Part shown: piece by piece, positions 31,363 to 40,513 of the stretch | Layout of the letters: each line of letters begins with the position of its first letter | How positions within the stretch are numbered: position 1 is the first letter of the stretch | Assembly: GCA_902537615.1 (NCBI GenBank) | Contig: CACBBU010000002.1 | Span: 75,334 to 139,333, forward strand | Reading direction: 5' to 3' | Origin: an uncultured Alphaproteobacteria bacterium | GTDB taxonomy: Bacteria; Pseudomonadota; Alphaproteobacteria; Methylaequorales; Methylaequoraceae | Length of the DNA stretch: 64,000 bases | The notes under the pieces: model-generated | Database searches by the model: none | Seen by the model: the letters and a program-made list of their open reading frames with translations, nothing else | Told to the model about the DNA's origin: nothing | Program-made: the position numbers and the translations under genes

Positions 31363-31813
31363 TTTTTTGTTAATACTTTTTTTTTCCCCTTTTATTTCTA
31401 TTTCCAAGGAAGCAATAGTATTCTCAAAAACATTTTCCGAATTAATTGTTAAAGTAGCAAAAACTGAAAAGGAAAAAGAAAAAGGTCTGATGTTTGTCAA
31501 TAAGCTTGATCAAACCAATGGTTTACTATTGCTTTATGAAAAACCTAAAGTTGTTAATATTTGGATGCATAATACAAAAATTCCTTTAGATATAATCTTT
31601 ATAAATGAACAAAATAAAGTAGCTTTAATAAAAAAAGGAGAGCCATTTTCAAAAAAAATTATTTCTTCAAAAAATCCCGTAATTGGTGTTTTAGAAATAC
31701 CCAAAGGATGTGCAGAAAAACTAAACATAAAGGTTGGTGATGAAACTTCATGGGTAATTGTAAAAGATAAAGTAAAAAATATTAGATATTATCATTGTTT
31801 AGATCATTTTTAA
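31307..31813 (+). CDS. DUF192 family protein
   Basis: VAKTEKEKEKGLMF, IWMHNTKIPLDIIFI, VLEIPKG; true start probably downstream. Confidence 0.88.
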   Translation: MKQKSHWKELKKGKFLKFNFLLILFFSPFISISKEAIVFSKTFSELIVKVAKTEKEKEKGLMFVNKLDQTNGLLLLYEKPKVVNIWMHNTKIPLDIIFINEQNKVALIKKGEPFSKKIISSKNPVIGVLEIPKGCAEKLNIKVGDETSWVIVKDKVKNIRYYHCLDHF

Positions 31814-31839
31814 TTATTAAAATGTAATTTAGGTTTGAT

Positions 31840-32466
31840 ATGGGGAATTTAATAGATAAACTTAAAAAAGAAAAGCCAGCCTTTGTTGCTGAATTTGATG
31901 ATTTTGTTCAAAAAATTAGACTTGAAAATAATGATGAATTAGTTAATTTACATTCAACGATAAGTTCACTCAGAGATCAATTAGAAAATCAGCAATTTCT
32001 TAAGAATAAAGAAATTCAAGATGCAATCCTTCAAACAGCAGATGAAATTAAACAACTTCAATTAACAATTACCGAACAAAGAAATCAGTTAGATAAACTT
32101 AAGTTTGAAAAAAAAGAAGCAATTCAAAGAGAAATTCAGTTATCTACCGATGAAATTAAACAATTAAAAAAATCTTGTGTAGTATTGAGAGATGAACTTG
32201 AAAATTTAAAGTTTGATAAACAGGAATCAGTTCAAAAAGCTATTTTGGAATCAAGTCAAGAAATTAAAGAATTAAAATTATCTATTTCAGATTTAAGAAA
32301 TGAACTTGAAAGTCTGAAATTTGAAAAAAAAGAAGCTGTTCAAAATGCTGTACTTCAATCGAATAATGAGATTCAACAACTTAAATCCTCAAGTCAAAAA
32401 TTAAGAGAGGAAATAGAAAAAATAATAAAAAATTATGAAAATAAGCATAAAAAAGGTGATAAATGA
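31840..32466 (+). CDS. Coiled-coil protein with four 36-aa repeats
   Basis: KFEKKEAIQ...DEIKQL...LRDELENL unit repeated; ATGA overlap with the cyclase. Confidence 0.8.
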   Translation: MGNLIDKLKKEKPAFVAEFDDFVQKIRLENNDELVNLHSTISSLRDQLENQQFLKNKEIQDAILQTADEIKQLQLTITEQRNQLDKLKFEKKEAIQREIQLSTDEIKQLKKSCVVLRDELENLKFDKQESVQKAILESSQEIKELKLSISDLRNELESLKFEKKEAVQNAVLQSNNEIQQLKSSSQKLREEIEKIIKNYENKHKKGDK

Positions 32467-34775
32467 AAAATAATAAAAAACCTGAAGATATCAAAATTTT
32501 GCAGGCAGAAATTGATAGATCTAAATTATTATTAAATATTTCTAGAAAAATTGCCTCAATTAAAAATCTCTCAGAAATACTATGGACTATTGTAGAGTTT
32601 GTTACAACCAATGTTGACGCTGATAGAGGAACATTATTTTTAAATGATGAAGAAACCAATGAATTATATTCAAGAGTTGCTCAGGGAGATTTAACAAGAG
32701 AAATTAGAATTTTGAATACTGTTGGAATTGCAGGAGGTATTTTTCAATCTCAAGTTGGTGAAATTATTCATGATGTTTACTCAGATAAAAGGTTTAACAA
32801 AGATGTTGACCAGGAAACTGGTTATAAAACAAAAAATATGATTTGTTCGCCAGTAAGAACTGTCAATGGAAAAATAATCGGAGTAATTCAAGTCTTAAAC
32901 AAAAATAAAGGAAGGTTTACTAAAGATAATTTAGAATTTGTAAATTCAGTTGCTACGCAAGCGGCTGTTTCAATACAAAATGCTCAGAATAATGAATTTT
33001 TTGAAAAAAAACGAGCTCAGGAAATGGAGTTCATAAGTATTGTTTCAGATGTAACTGCTGAAATTGATTTAAGTGCACTTTTGAAAAGAGTAATGGAAGA
33101 AGCGACGAGAATGCTTAATGCTGATAGAGCTACATTATTCTTGAATGATGAAAAAACTAATGAACTTTTTTCAAGAGTAGCTATGGGGGAAGGTATGGGA
33201 GAAATAAGGTTACCCAACACAGCAGGTATTGCTGGAAGTGTTTTTACTTCTGGTAAAACCATGAATATACCTTACGCTTATGCTGATTTGAGGTTTAATC
33301 CAGCATTTGATAAACAAACTGGATATTTTACCAGATCAATTTTATGCGTACCTGTAGTTAATAAAAACGGAAAAGTTATAGGTTGCACTCAAGTATTAAA
33401 TAAAAAAGGTGGTAAATTTACTGAAGAGGATGAATCAAGATTAAAAGCTTTCACTCAACAAGTTGCAATTGCTCTTGAAAACGCAAAATTATTTGATGAT
33501 GTGTCAAAATCAAGAAAATATAATGAAAGCATGCTTTCTAGCATGTCAAATGGTGTTATAACAATTGATGGTGACGGAAAAATTGTAACATGTAATAAAT
33601 CTGGTCTTAAAATTTTTAAAGTAAATGATAAAAACTTGATTGGATTAGATTCAAATAAGTTTTTTATAGATGAAAATAAATGGATTGAAGAAAAAATTAA
33701 TTTAGTTAGAGATTCTAAAGAACCAGAACTGATTATGGATGCTGAAATAGATGTTTTAAATCACGAAACCGAAAAAAATGAAATTATTTCAGTTAACCTA
33801 ACGATCTTACCTTTAATAAATGAAGACAGTGATGGAAGAACCGATGAAAAGGAGAGTTTTCTAGGTATTTTATTAATGATTGAAGATATTTCCTCTGAAA
33901 AGAGAATGAAGTCTACAATGTCAAGGTACATGGATCCTGGTATTGCAGATCAATTACTTGAAGATGGTGCTGACATAATGGGGGGTCTTGACACAACCGC
34001 AACACTCCTATTTTCTGATTTAAGAAGTTTTACGAATATTACTGAGTCTTTGGGTGCCCAAGGTACAGTTAAACTTTTAAATGAATATTTTGAAATTATG
34101 GTTGAGTGTATATCTGAACAAGGAGGTATGCTTGATAAATTTATTGGAGACGCAATCATGGCAGCTTTTGGATTACCTATTTCTCATGAAGATGATGAGG
34201 ATAGGGGTGTTAAGGCTGGTATCAATATGATTAAAAGACTTTGGGATTGGAACGATCAGAGAGAAAAAGATGGAAAACCTCCACTAGACATGGGACTGGG
34301 ACTTAATACTGATAAAATTGTAGCTGGAAATATTGGTTCACAAAAAAGAATGGATTACACTATGATTGGTGATGGGGTTAACCTTGCGGCAAGGCTTGAA
34401 AGTGCATGCAAACAATATAATGCTAGGATTTTAATTAGTGATTTTACTTTTAAAAAACTCAAAGGAACTTACAGAATTAGGTATATTGATGATGTTGTTG
34501 TTAAAGGTAAGACCGAACCGGTTGGAGTTCATGAGGTATTAGATTATCATAACGAAAAAACCTTTCCTAATCTTATGGACGTGGTTAATCATTTTAATGA
34601 AGGAAGGAAAAAATACATCTCTGGTGATTTTGATCAAGCTGTAACCTCGTTTAAAGAATGCTTAAAGATTAACTCTGAGGACAAATTATCAGAAACTTAC
34701 ATTAACAGATGTAATCAACTCATTTCTGAAAAACCAAAAAATTGGGATGGAGTTTGGGTTATGAAAAGTAAATGA
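32463..34775 (+). CDS. Soluble class III adenylate cyclase, GAF-GAF-PAS-CYC-TPR-like
   Basis: Two GAF domains (ADRxTLFL, NK..F..D), FSDLRSFT, DKFIGDAIMA, DYTMIGDGVNLAARLES, C-terminal WDG motif. Confidence 0.92.
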   Translation: MKNNKKPEDIKILQAEIDRSKLLLNISRKIASIKNLSEILWTIVEFVTTNVDADRGTLFLNDEETNELYSRVAQGDLTREIRILNTVGIAGGIFQSQVGEIIHDVYSDKRFNKDVDQETGYKTKNMICSPVRTVNGKIIGVIQVLNKNKGRFTKDNLEFVNSVATQAAVSIQNAQNNEFFEKKRAQEMEFISIVSDVTAEIDLSALLKRVMEEATRMLNADRATLFLNDEKTNELFSRVAMGEGMGEIRLPNTAGIAGSVFTSGKTMNIPYAYADLRFNPAFDKQTGYFTRSILCVPVVNKNGKVIGCTQVLNKKGGKFTEEDESRLKAFTQQVAIALENAKLFDDVSKSRKYNESMLSSMSNGVITIDGDGKIVTCNKSGLKIFKVNDKNLIGLDSNKFFIDENKWIEEKINLVRDSKEPELIMDAEIDVLNHETEKNEIISVNLTILPLINEDSDGRTDEKESFLGILLMIEDISSEKRMKSTMSRYMDPGIADQLLEDGADIMGGLDTTATLLFSDLRSFTNITESLGAQGTVKLLNEYFEIMVECISEQGGMLDKFIGDAIMAAFGLPISHEDDEDRGVKAGINMIKRLWDWNDQREKDGKPPLDMGLGLNTDKIVAGNIGSQKRMDYTMIGDGVNLAARLESACKQYNARILISDFTFKKLKGTYRIRYIDDVVVKGKTEPVGVHEVLDYHNEKTFPNLMDVVNHFNEGRKKYISGDFDQAVTSFKECLKINSEDKLSETYINRCNQLISEKPKNWDGVWVMKSK

Positions 34776-35494
34776 GAAATTATCCTTTTGAAAAGAATTT
34801 TCCTTCAATATCCTATATTGCTAATAATTGGCCAAGATCTAAAAATGTTCTAAAAAAATTCATTCTTTCAAATCATAAATTACCTAATTTATATAACTTG
34901 TGTTTGAATTGTTTAAATGATTTGAACGTTCGTAAGATAGATAGAATGAAACCAGTCTTAAAGAAACTATCAGTCCTTTGTATTAAGAATGTAACTTATA
35001 ATACTTATCATGATTCACATCATTTTAAGTCGGTTATAATTATTTCATGTTTACTAGCAAAATTGTCAAAGTTGAAAAACAATGAAGATAGGTTCCTTTT
35101 AATAATAATTGCACTTACTCATGATTTAGGTCATTTGGGAAGAAGAATACAAAAAAGATCGTTTTTTCAAGAGGAAAAAAGTTTCACTGAGTTGAGCAGA
35201 ATTTTATTTAAAGCAAAACCAATTTCAAAAAATAACAAAAGAATAAAAAAAATATTCAGAAGCACATATTTTCCTATTAAACCAGAAAAAGTTGAAGATC
35301 ATGTAGAAAAAATAATTTTAGATGCAGATATTTTATCATCACTTATGTTTGGTTTAGATGTTGGTGTTCAATTTGCAAGCAGGTTAAAACATGAATTAAG
35401 ATTTGAAGGTGGAACTAAACAGTTATTTTCTGGCTTTTTGAAATTCCTTGATAATAAGTCTTTATATCTAGATTCATCAAAAAAATCGTGTTAA
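34772..35494 (+). CDS. HD-domain phosphohydrolase, class I cNMP-phosphodiesterase-like
   Basis: YHDSHH, HDLGHLG, DADI; ATGA overlap with the cyclase stop. Confidence 0.7.
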   Translation: MRNYPFEKNFPSISYIANNWPRSKNVLKKFILSNHKLPNLYNLCLNCLNDLNVRKIDRMKPVLKKLSVLCIKNVTYNTYHDSHHFKSVIIISCLLAKLSKLKNNEDRFLLIIIALTHDLGHLGRRIQKRSFFQEEKSFTELSRILFKAKPISKNNKRIKKIFRSTYFPIKPEKVEDHVEKIILDADILSSLMFGLDVGVQFASRLKHELRFEGGTKQLFSGFLKFLDNKSLYLDSSKKSC

Positions 35495-35561
35495 TGTTTA
35501 AAAAATATGTTATTTTGTCGTTATTTTATTCACAATATGCAGTCTGTGGGTAACTTTTGTT

Positions 35562-36896
35562 ATGAAGTTTTTAATATTATTAATATTTGCTCTATTTTTT
35601 GATTCTGCTCTTAGCCAGGAAGAACAAAACGCCACTCCAGAAATTGAGTATTTCAATTTAGATTCTGCACTTAAAAGTGTCTTGAGAAATCATAAAATGA
35701 TTAAAGCTACCAAAAATGATGTAGAAGCAGCGAAATTTAGGTTAAAACAGTCAAGAGGTGGTTTTTTTCCTTCCTTAGATGTTACAGCAAACTATGGTCA
35801 TGAAAATATTATAAAATATGGTGCTGGAAATAATACTCAATTAGCAGCTAGAGACGCTACTGCTAAGATCACTCAAACAATTACTGACTTCGGTCTTACA
35901 AGGTCAACAGTTAAAACATCAAAGTTGTCCCTTAAACAAACAAGAGCGATGGAAAACCAAATCAAGAATGATATCTTATTAAGAGCTATAACCGCTTACT
36001 TAAGAGTAATTCAGTCACGAGAGAGTGTAAAATACGCTGTTCAGTCAGTCGCTAATATTAAAAAACAAACAGAATTAGAAGATGCAGCAGTTACCGCTGG
36101 TGGCGGCCTAACATCTGACGTACTTCAAGCTAAAACTCAGTTAGCAGGAGCGCAAGCACGACAAATTCAATTTGAAGGTGTTTTATCTGCTGCAAGACAT
36201 GAATTTGAATATGTTTTTGAAAGTTTTCCAAAAAATTTAAATAGTCTTCTTCTTTTACAATCTGTTTTTGATTCTTTACCTAAATCTCTTGAAGAGGCTG
36301 AAAAACTTACATTAAAAAATAATCCTTCATTAATAGCTGCGAGAATTACTGAGGAAATTAGTAAGGAAGGGATTAATACTGCGAAAGCAACTTTATTTCC
36401 AACTATTAAAGGTATAATAAGTCATTCTGAAAAACAAGATTTTGGAGGTATAGTCGGATTTAAAAGAGAAAGTTCAGCAAAGGTTGATTTTTCTTATCCT
36501 CTTAATTTAAGTTTATCGGAATACGCTGGAAAAGAGGCTGCTGTTGAATCATACTTAGCAACGTCTACAAGAATAAGAGATCAAGAATCAATGATAAAAC
36601 AAATGCTTAGAACTACTTGGGATGGTTTGTTAACAGCCCAAAAAAATGCTCAATTTTTAACAAATCAGGCAAGAATATCAAATGAATTTTTAGAGCTTGC
36701 CAGAACCGAAAGAAAAGCTGGCAACCGTACACTTTTAGACGTTTTAAATGGTGAAACGGCATTTATTAATGCGCAAGCTGATGCAATAGGGGCAAAAATT
36801 GAAGTTTTAATAAATAGTTATACTTTGTTAAGTTTAATGGGGGGACTAACTTTAGAAAGTGTTAAGTTGATACAACCAAAAAACGTTGAAAACTAA
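35562..36896 (+). CDS. TolC-family type I secretion outer-membrane protein
   Basis: Signal peptide, two OEP repeats (FFPSLDV, LFPTIKG), GNRTLLDVLNGE. Confidence 0.9.
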   Translation: MKFLILLIFALFFDSALSQEEQNATPEIEYFNLDSALKSVLRNHKMIKATKNDVEAAKFRLKQSRGGFFPSLDVTANYGHENIIKYGAGNNTQLAARDATAKITQTITDFGLTRSTVKTSKLSLKQTRAMENQIKNDILLRAITAYLRVIQSRESVKYAVQSVANIKKQTELEDAAVTAGGGLTSDVLQAKTQLAGAQARQIQFEGVLSAARHEFEYVFESFPKNLNSLLLLQSVFDSLPKSLEEAEKLTLKNNPSLIAARITEEISKEGINTAKATLFPTIKGIISHSEKQDFGGIVGFKRESSAKVDFSYPLNLSLSEYAGKEAAVESYLATSTRIRDQESMIKQMLRTTWDGLLTAQKNAQFLTNQARISNEFLELARTERKAGNRTLLDVLNGETAFINAQADAIGAKIEVLINSYTLLSLMGGLTLESVKLIQPKNVEN

Positions 36897-36905
36897 TTTT
36901 GTTTA

Positions 36906-39900
36906 ATGTTAAAAGAAATTAACTTTACTAATAAATTAAACGATGGCTCATTTACTAGTAGTCCGCCAGAGATACTTAGCTTTTACTCAGGAAATTCACT
37001 TAAGATAGAAAACTTACCTTCATGGTTACCAAAATCTGATTTTTCTAGAAATAACAGTGACTTAATTGCAACATCTCATGATGGTGATCAGATTATACTT
37101 GTTGATTATTTTACTAATTTTGAATTACCATCATTGTTAACTGAAAACGGTTTACTTTTGAATGGCTCTCTTGTAAGGTCACTAGCTGGTCCCCTAGCTA
37201 AGGGGCAATACGCTCAAGCAACTGATGGTAATGTTCTTTCTATTGGTGAGGTTTCCACTGTTTCTGGTACGGCAAAAGCAACAAGATTAGATGGTACAAC
37301 TACCAATTTAAATGCGGGGGATCCAGTCTTTCAAGGTGATACTATTGAGACTGAAGGTTCAGGAGCTGTAGGTTTAGTTTTTTTAGATAAAACAACACTT
37401 TCTCTATCTGATGGAGGAAAGATGGTTTTAGATGAGTTAGTTTACGATGCAGCAACAGGAACGGGCAGTATAGCTGTTGATATGCTTGAAGGTGCTTTCA
37501 GTTTTGTTAGTGGTGAAATAGCCAAAACCGGACCTGACGCAATGTCAGTTAAAACACCAGTAGCAGTTATAGGTATTAGAGGAACAACTGTTGCTGGAAA
37601 GGCAGCTGTTGAAGGAAATGAAAACAGTTTTACTTTACTGCAAGATGCAGATGGAGGAGTTGGACAAATTGCTGTAAGTAACGATGGAGGCACACAAGTT
37701 TTAGCTCAGGTTGGTGCAACAACAAGTATTTCAAGTTTTACTGCTCCACCACCACCACCAGTAATTTTAACTACAGCACAAATTCAAGCCAATTATGGTA
37801 CTGCACTTAATGTGTTACCCCCAACGCCTGCTGTAGCACCACAGCCACAACCTGCACCACCTCCACAAGAACAAGTTCAGGAAGAACAGGCTCAAGAAGA
37901 AGCTGCTGAAGAGGAAGGTGAAGAAGAAGCCGGTGAAGAACAAGTAACTGAGGAAGGTCCTGCAGAAGAAGAAGGTGAAGGAGAAGGAGAAGAGGGTCCC
38001 CCTGAAGGAGAGGAAGGTCCACCAGTTGGACCTGATGGAGAACCTCTTGCTGAAGGTGAGGGTCCCCCTGAAGGAGAAGAAGGTGGTCCTCCTGAAGGTG
38101 AAGAAGGACCCCCTATTGGACCAGATGGAGAAGTATTAGCTGAAGGAGAAGGGGGTCCACCTCTTGGCCCAGATGGAGAACCGTTACCACCTGGAGAAGG
38201 GGGTCCTCCCGTAGGCCCAGATGGAGAACCATTGCCACCTGGTGAAGGAGGTCCACCTCTTGGCCCAGATGGAGAACCGTTACCACCTGGTGAAGGCGGC
38301 CCACCTCTTGGCCCGGATGGGGAACCATTACCACCTGGAGAAGCTGGCCCTGGTGGCCCTGGAGATTTTGGTCCTGGCGGTCCTGGCGGACCCGGAGATT
38401 TGGGTGGTCCTGGCGGACCATCGCCTGAACAAGAAGAAGTTGCAAGAGAAGCATTTGAAACAGCACTAGCCGATGGGTTAAGTCCAGAGCAAGCTATGGC
38501 AGCAGCTGCAGAAGCCGCTGGTCTTCCAGTTCCTCCTGGAGGCTTTGGACCTGGTGGGCCTGCTGGGCCTGGAGGTTTTGGACCTGGTGGCCCTGGAGAC
38601 TTTGGCCCTGGTGGTCCTGGTGGACCTGGTGGCCCTGGAGACTTTGGCCCTGGTGGCCCCGGAGACTTTGGCCCTGGTGGCCCTGGAGACTTTGGACCTG
38701 GTGGTCCTGGAGATTTTGGACCTGGCGGCCCTGGAGATTTTGGTGATCCTTTTGGTGGTCCTGGTGGATTTGGTGATCCCTTTGCTGGTCCTGGGGATTT
38801 TGGTGATCCTTTTGGTGGTCCAGGTGGCCCTGGTGGACCCGGTGACCCGTTTGGTGGCGGCCCTGATGGATTTGGTGATCCCTTTGGTGGTCCTGGAGGC
38901 CCTGGTGGACCCGGTGATCCGTTTGGTGGCGGCCCTGGTGGATTTGGTGATCCCTTTGGTAGTCCAGGAGGACCGGTTGGTTTAGGCGGCCCTGGTGGTC
39001 CTGGAGATTTTGGACCTGGTGGTCCTGGCGGTTTCGGTGGCCCTGGAGGTCCCGGAGATTTTGGTGGCCCTGGTGGCATGGTACCTGGACAATTTATGGG
39101 TGCTCAACCGCCTGGAACTGCAACATTTGCTCCAGCTGGAGCGTTTGGCTCCCCAATAGTTGGTTTTAGTTCAGGCCCTATTGGAGGTTTTGGCCCTGAT
39201 CCATATGGTGGTCCAATGAGTGGTCCAATGGGTGGTCCTGGAGGATTTGGTGACCCTTTTGGTGGTCCAATGGGAGGACCTGGAGGTTTTGGTGACCCTT
39301 TTGGTGGTCCAATGGGAGGACCTGGAGGTTTTGGTGATCCCTTTGGTGGCCCAATGGGAGGGCCTGGAGGTTTTGGACCTGATCCTTATGGAGGACCTGG
39401 AGGTTTTGGCCCTGATCCATTTGGTGGTCCTATGGGAGGACCCGGAGGTTTTGGTGATCCTTTTGGTGGACCTATGATGGGTGGTACTGAAAATTATGTT
39501 GAACCTATGAATTATTTTTTTGATGATCCTTCTCTATATATGGGTTTTTTCGAACCGGAACTTTTTGAAGTGGAAGAAAGTGGTGGTAGCGGAAGCGGAA
39601 GCGGAAGCGGAAGCGGAAGTGGAAACACTATTACTGGTACTAATAATGTTGACTCTGAAGATAAATCAACATCTACTGATGCATGGAAATTTCTTGGTTA
39701 TAGTGGAAATGATAATTTTAAAGGTGGTAGCGGGAATGATATATTTTTTGGAGGATTAGGAGCCGATGATTTAACTGGTAATGGAGGAAGTGATACCTAT
39801 TTCTTTTCTGATTTTCTTGAGGGTGCTGATACAATTAGGACGTTCAGTGCAGCTGATACTTTAAAATTTGGTTATAATTTTACAAATAATTATTCTCGAT

Positions 39901-40259
39901 CATTAAGCTTTACATCTGATAGTGGTGCAAATGGCTCTGTGTATAATATTGGGGCTAGCAGTGGAATCCTTCCTATTGTTTTTAACTTTACAGCAAATAA
40001 TTCAAATCATAATACATCTGCTGGAGTTGCAAATTTCCTAAGTAATTTTAGAGTTACAACTGATGGAAGCACTGATATATCAACTGTTGAAGATGCTCTT
40101 CTTGTAACTGGAAATGGTGGTACTACAAGTTTATGGGGGTGGCAAAACAGTGCATCTAACGGTACTGTTGAGCAGACTGAGTTAGTTCGTTTAGCTACAC
40201 TTAATAGTTATGATAATGATACTATGGCTGCATCTAATATTGCTATTGGAGTCTTGTAA
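36906..40259 (+). CDS. Large FecR-domain, Gly/Pro-rich, RTX-repeat putative T1SS substrate (1117 aa)
   Basis: No Sec signal; FecR-like region (IGEV..VSG, GDPVFQGD, TPVAVIGIRGT); acidic and G/P repeats; four GGxGxD nonapeptides at 39696-39803. Confidence 0.85.
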   Translation: MLKEINFTNKLNDGSFTSSPPEILSFYSGNSLKIENLPSWLPKSDFSRNNSDLIATSHDGDQIILVDYFTNFELPSLLTENGLLLNGSLVRSLAGPLAKGQYAQATDGNVLSIGEVSTVSGTAKATRLDGTTTNLNAGDPVFQGDTIETEGSGAVGLVFLDKTTLSLSDGGKMVLDELVYDAATGTGSIAVDMLEGAFSFVSGEIAKTGPDAMSVKTPVAVIGIRGTTVAGKAAVEGNENSFTLLQDADGGVGQIAVSNDGGTQVLAQVGATTSISSFTAPPPPPVILTTAQIQANYGTALNVLPPTPAVAPQPQPAPPPQEQVQEEQAQEEAAEEEGEEEAGEEQVTEEGPAEEEGEGEGEEGPPEGEEGPPVGPDGEPLAEGEGPPEGEEGGPPEGEEGPPIGPDGEVLAEGEGGPPLGPDGEPLPPGEGGPPVGPDGEPLPPGEGGPPLGPDGEPLPPGEGGPPLGPDGEPLPPGEAGPGGPGDFGPGGPGGPGDLGGPGGPSPEQEEVAREAFETALADGLSPEQAMAAAAEAAGLPVPPGGFGPGGPAGPGGFGPGGPGDFGPGGPGGPGGPGDFGPGGPGDFGPGGPGDFGPGGPGDFGPGGPGDFGDPFGGPGGFGDPFAGPGDFGDPFGGPGGPGGPGDPFGGGPDGFGDPFGGPGGPGGPGDPFGGGPGGFGDPFGSPGGPVGLGGPGGPGDFGPGGPGGFGGPGGPGDFGGPGGMVPGQFMGAQPPGTATFAPAGAFGSPIVGFSSGPIGGFGPDPYGGPMSGPMGGPGGFGDPFGGPMGGPGGFGDPFGGPMGGPGGFGDPFGGPMGGPGGFGPDPYGGPGGFGPDPFGGPMGGPGGFGDPFGGPMMGGTENYVEPMNYFFDDPSLYMGFFEPELFEVEESGGSGSGSGSGSGSGNTITGTNNVDSEDKSTSTDAWKFLGYSGNDNFKGGSGNDIFFGGLGADDLTGNGGSDTYFFSDFLEGADTIRTFSAADTLKFGYNFTNNYSRSLSFTSDSGANGSVYNIGASSGILPIVFNFTANNSNHNTSAGVANFLSNFRVTTDGSTDISTVEDALLVTGNGGTTSLWGWQNSASNGTVEQTELVRLATLNSYDNDTMAASNIAIGVL
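38151..38342 (+). repeat. Four tandem 48-nt repeats encoding GGPP(L/V)GPDGEPLPPGE
   Basis: Read directly; two degenerate copies lie just upstream. Confidence 0.9.
38540..39480 (+). repeat. Gly/Pro/Phe/Asp low-complexity coding repeats (GPGGPGDF, GGPGGFGDPF, GGPMGGPGGFGDPF)
   Basis: Read directly from the translation; GC-rich but with A/T-biased third codon positions. Confidence 0.9.
39588..39617 (+). repeat. (AGCGGA)x5 encoding a Ser-Gly linker
   Basis: Perfect hexamer tandem repeat, in frame. Confidence 0.9.
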
Positions 40260-40470
40260 ACCATAAAATGATTATGTAATAGTAATTTTTATACTATGTC
40301 TTTTACGTTATTTACTTATTGCTATAACATTTTGTTTTTCAGAACATTTGCATTCTCGTAAATTATTCTTATAATAAAATCTGTATTGACTTTTAAAGTA
40401 TCTGCACAAACAACATTTTAGAAAGTTTTCAACTTAAATTACTAAAGTAAAATCTTGACATTTTAATATA

Positions 40471-40493
40471 TCCACAGTTTATTAAACTGTGGA
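40471..40493. promoter_or_regulatory. Perfect inverted repeat TCCACAGTTT-ATT-AAACTGTGGA (operator-like), downstream of TTGACA at 40455-40460
   Basis: 10-bp perfect arms ending 20 nt upstream of the 40514 start. Confidence 0.55.
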
Positions 40494-40513
40494 AAAAAAA
40501 TAGTCTTTGCAGT

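Noticed and set aside
1658-35000. Short antisense ORFs inside housekeeping genes (e.g. 1658-1954, 4764-5027, 7719-8108, 19587-20072, 32381-33262)
   Set aside because: Fully nested opposite well-supported genes, with no motifs or ribosome-binding sites.
37890-39480. High-GC patches (also 55840-56600) as horizontally acquired DNA
   Set aside because: GC is forced by Gly/Pro/Ala codons; third positions remain mostly A/T (GGT, GGA, CCT, CCA) like the rest of the window.
38151-39480. Collagen-like or CRISPR-like repeats
   Set aside because: No sustained Gly-X-Y triplet register. The repeats are in-frame, degenerate and have no unique spacers, and no cas genes are present.
39588-39617. (AGCGGA)x5 as a contingency locus
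   Set aside because: Hexamer slippage keeps the frame and would only change Ser-Gly linker length.
37807-39759. Many overlapping ORFs, including the 395-aa minus-strand PPGPP ORF (37892-39079)
   Set aside because: Shadow frames of the G/P repeat tract, where GC-rich repeats lack stop codons. The + frame has coherent FecR and RTX domains on both sides.
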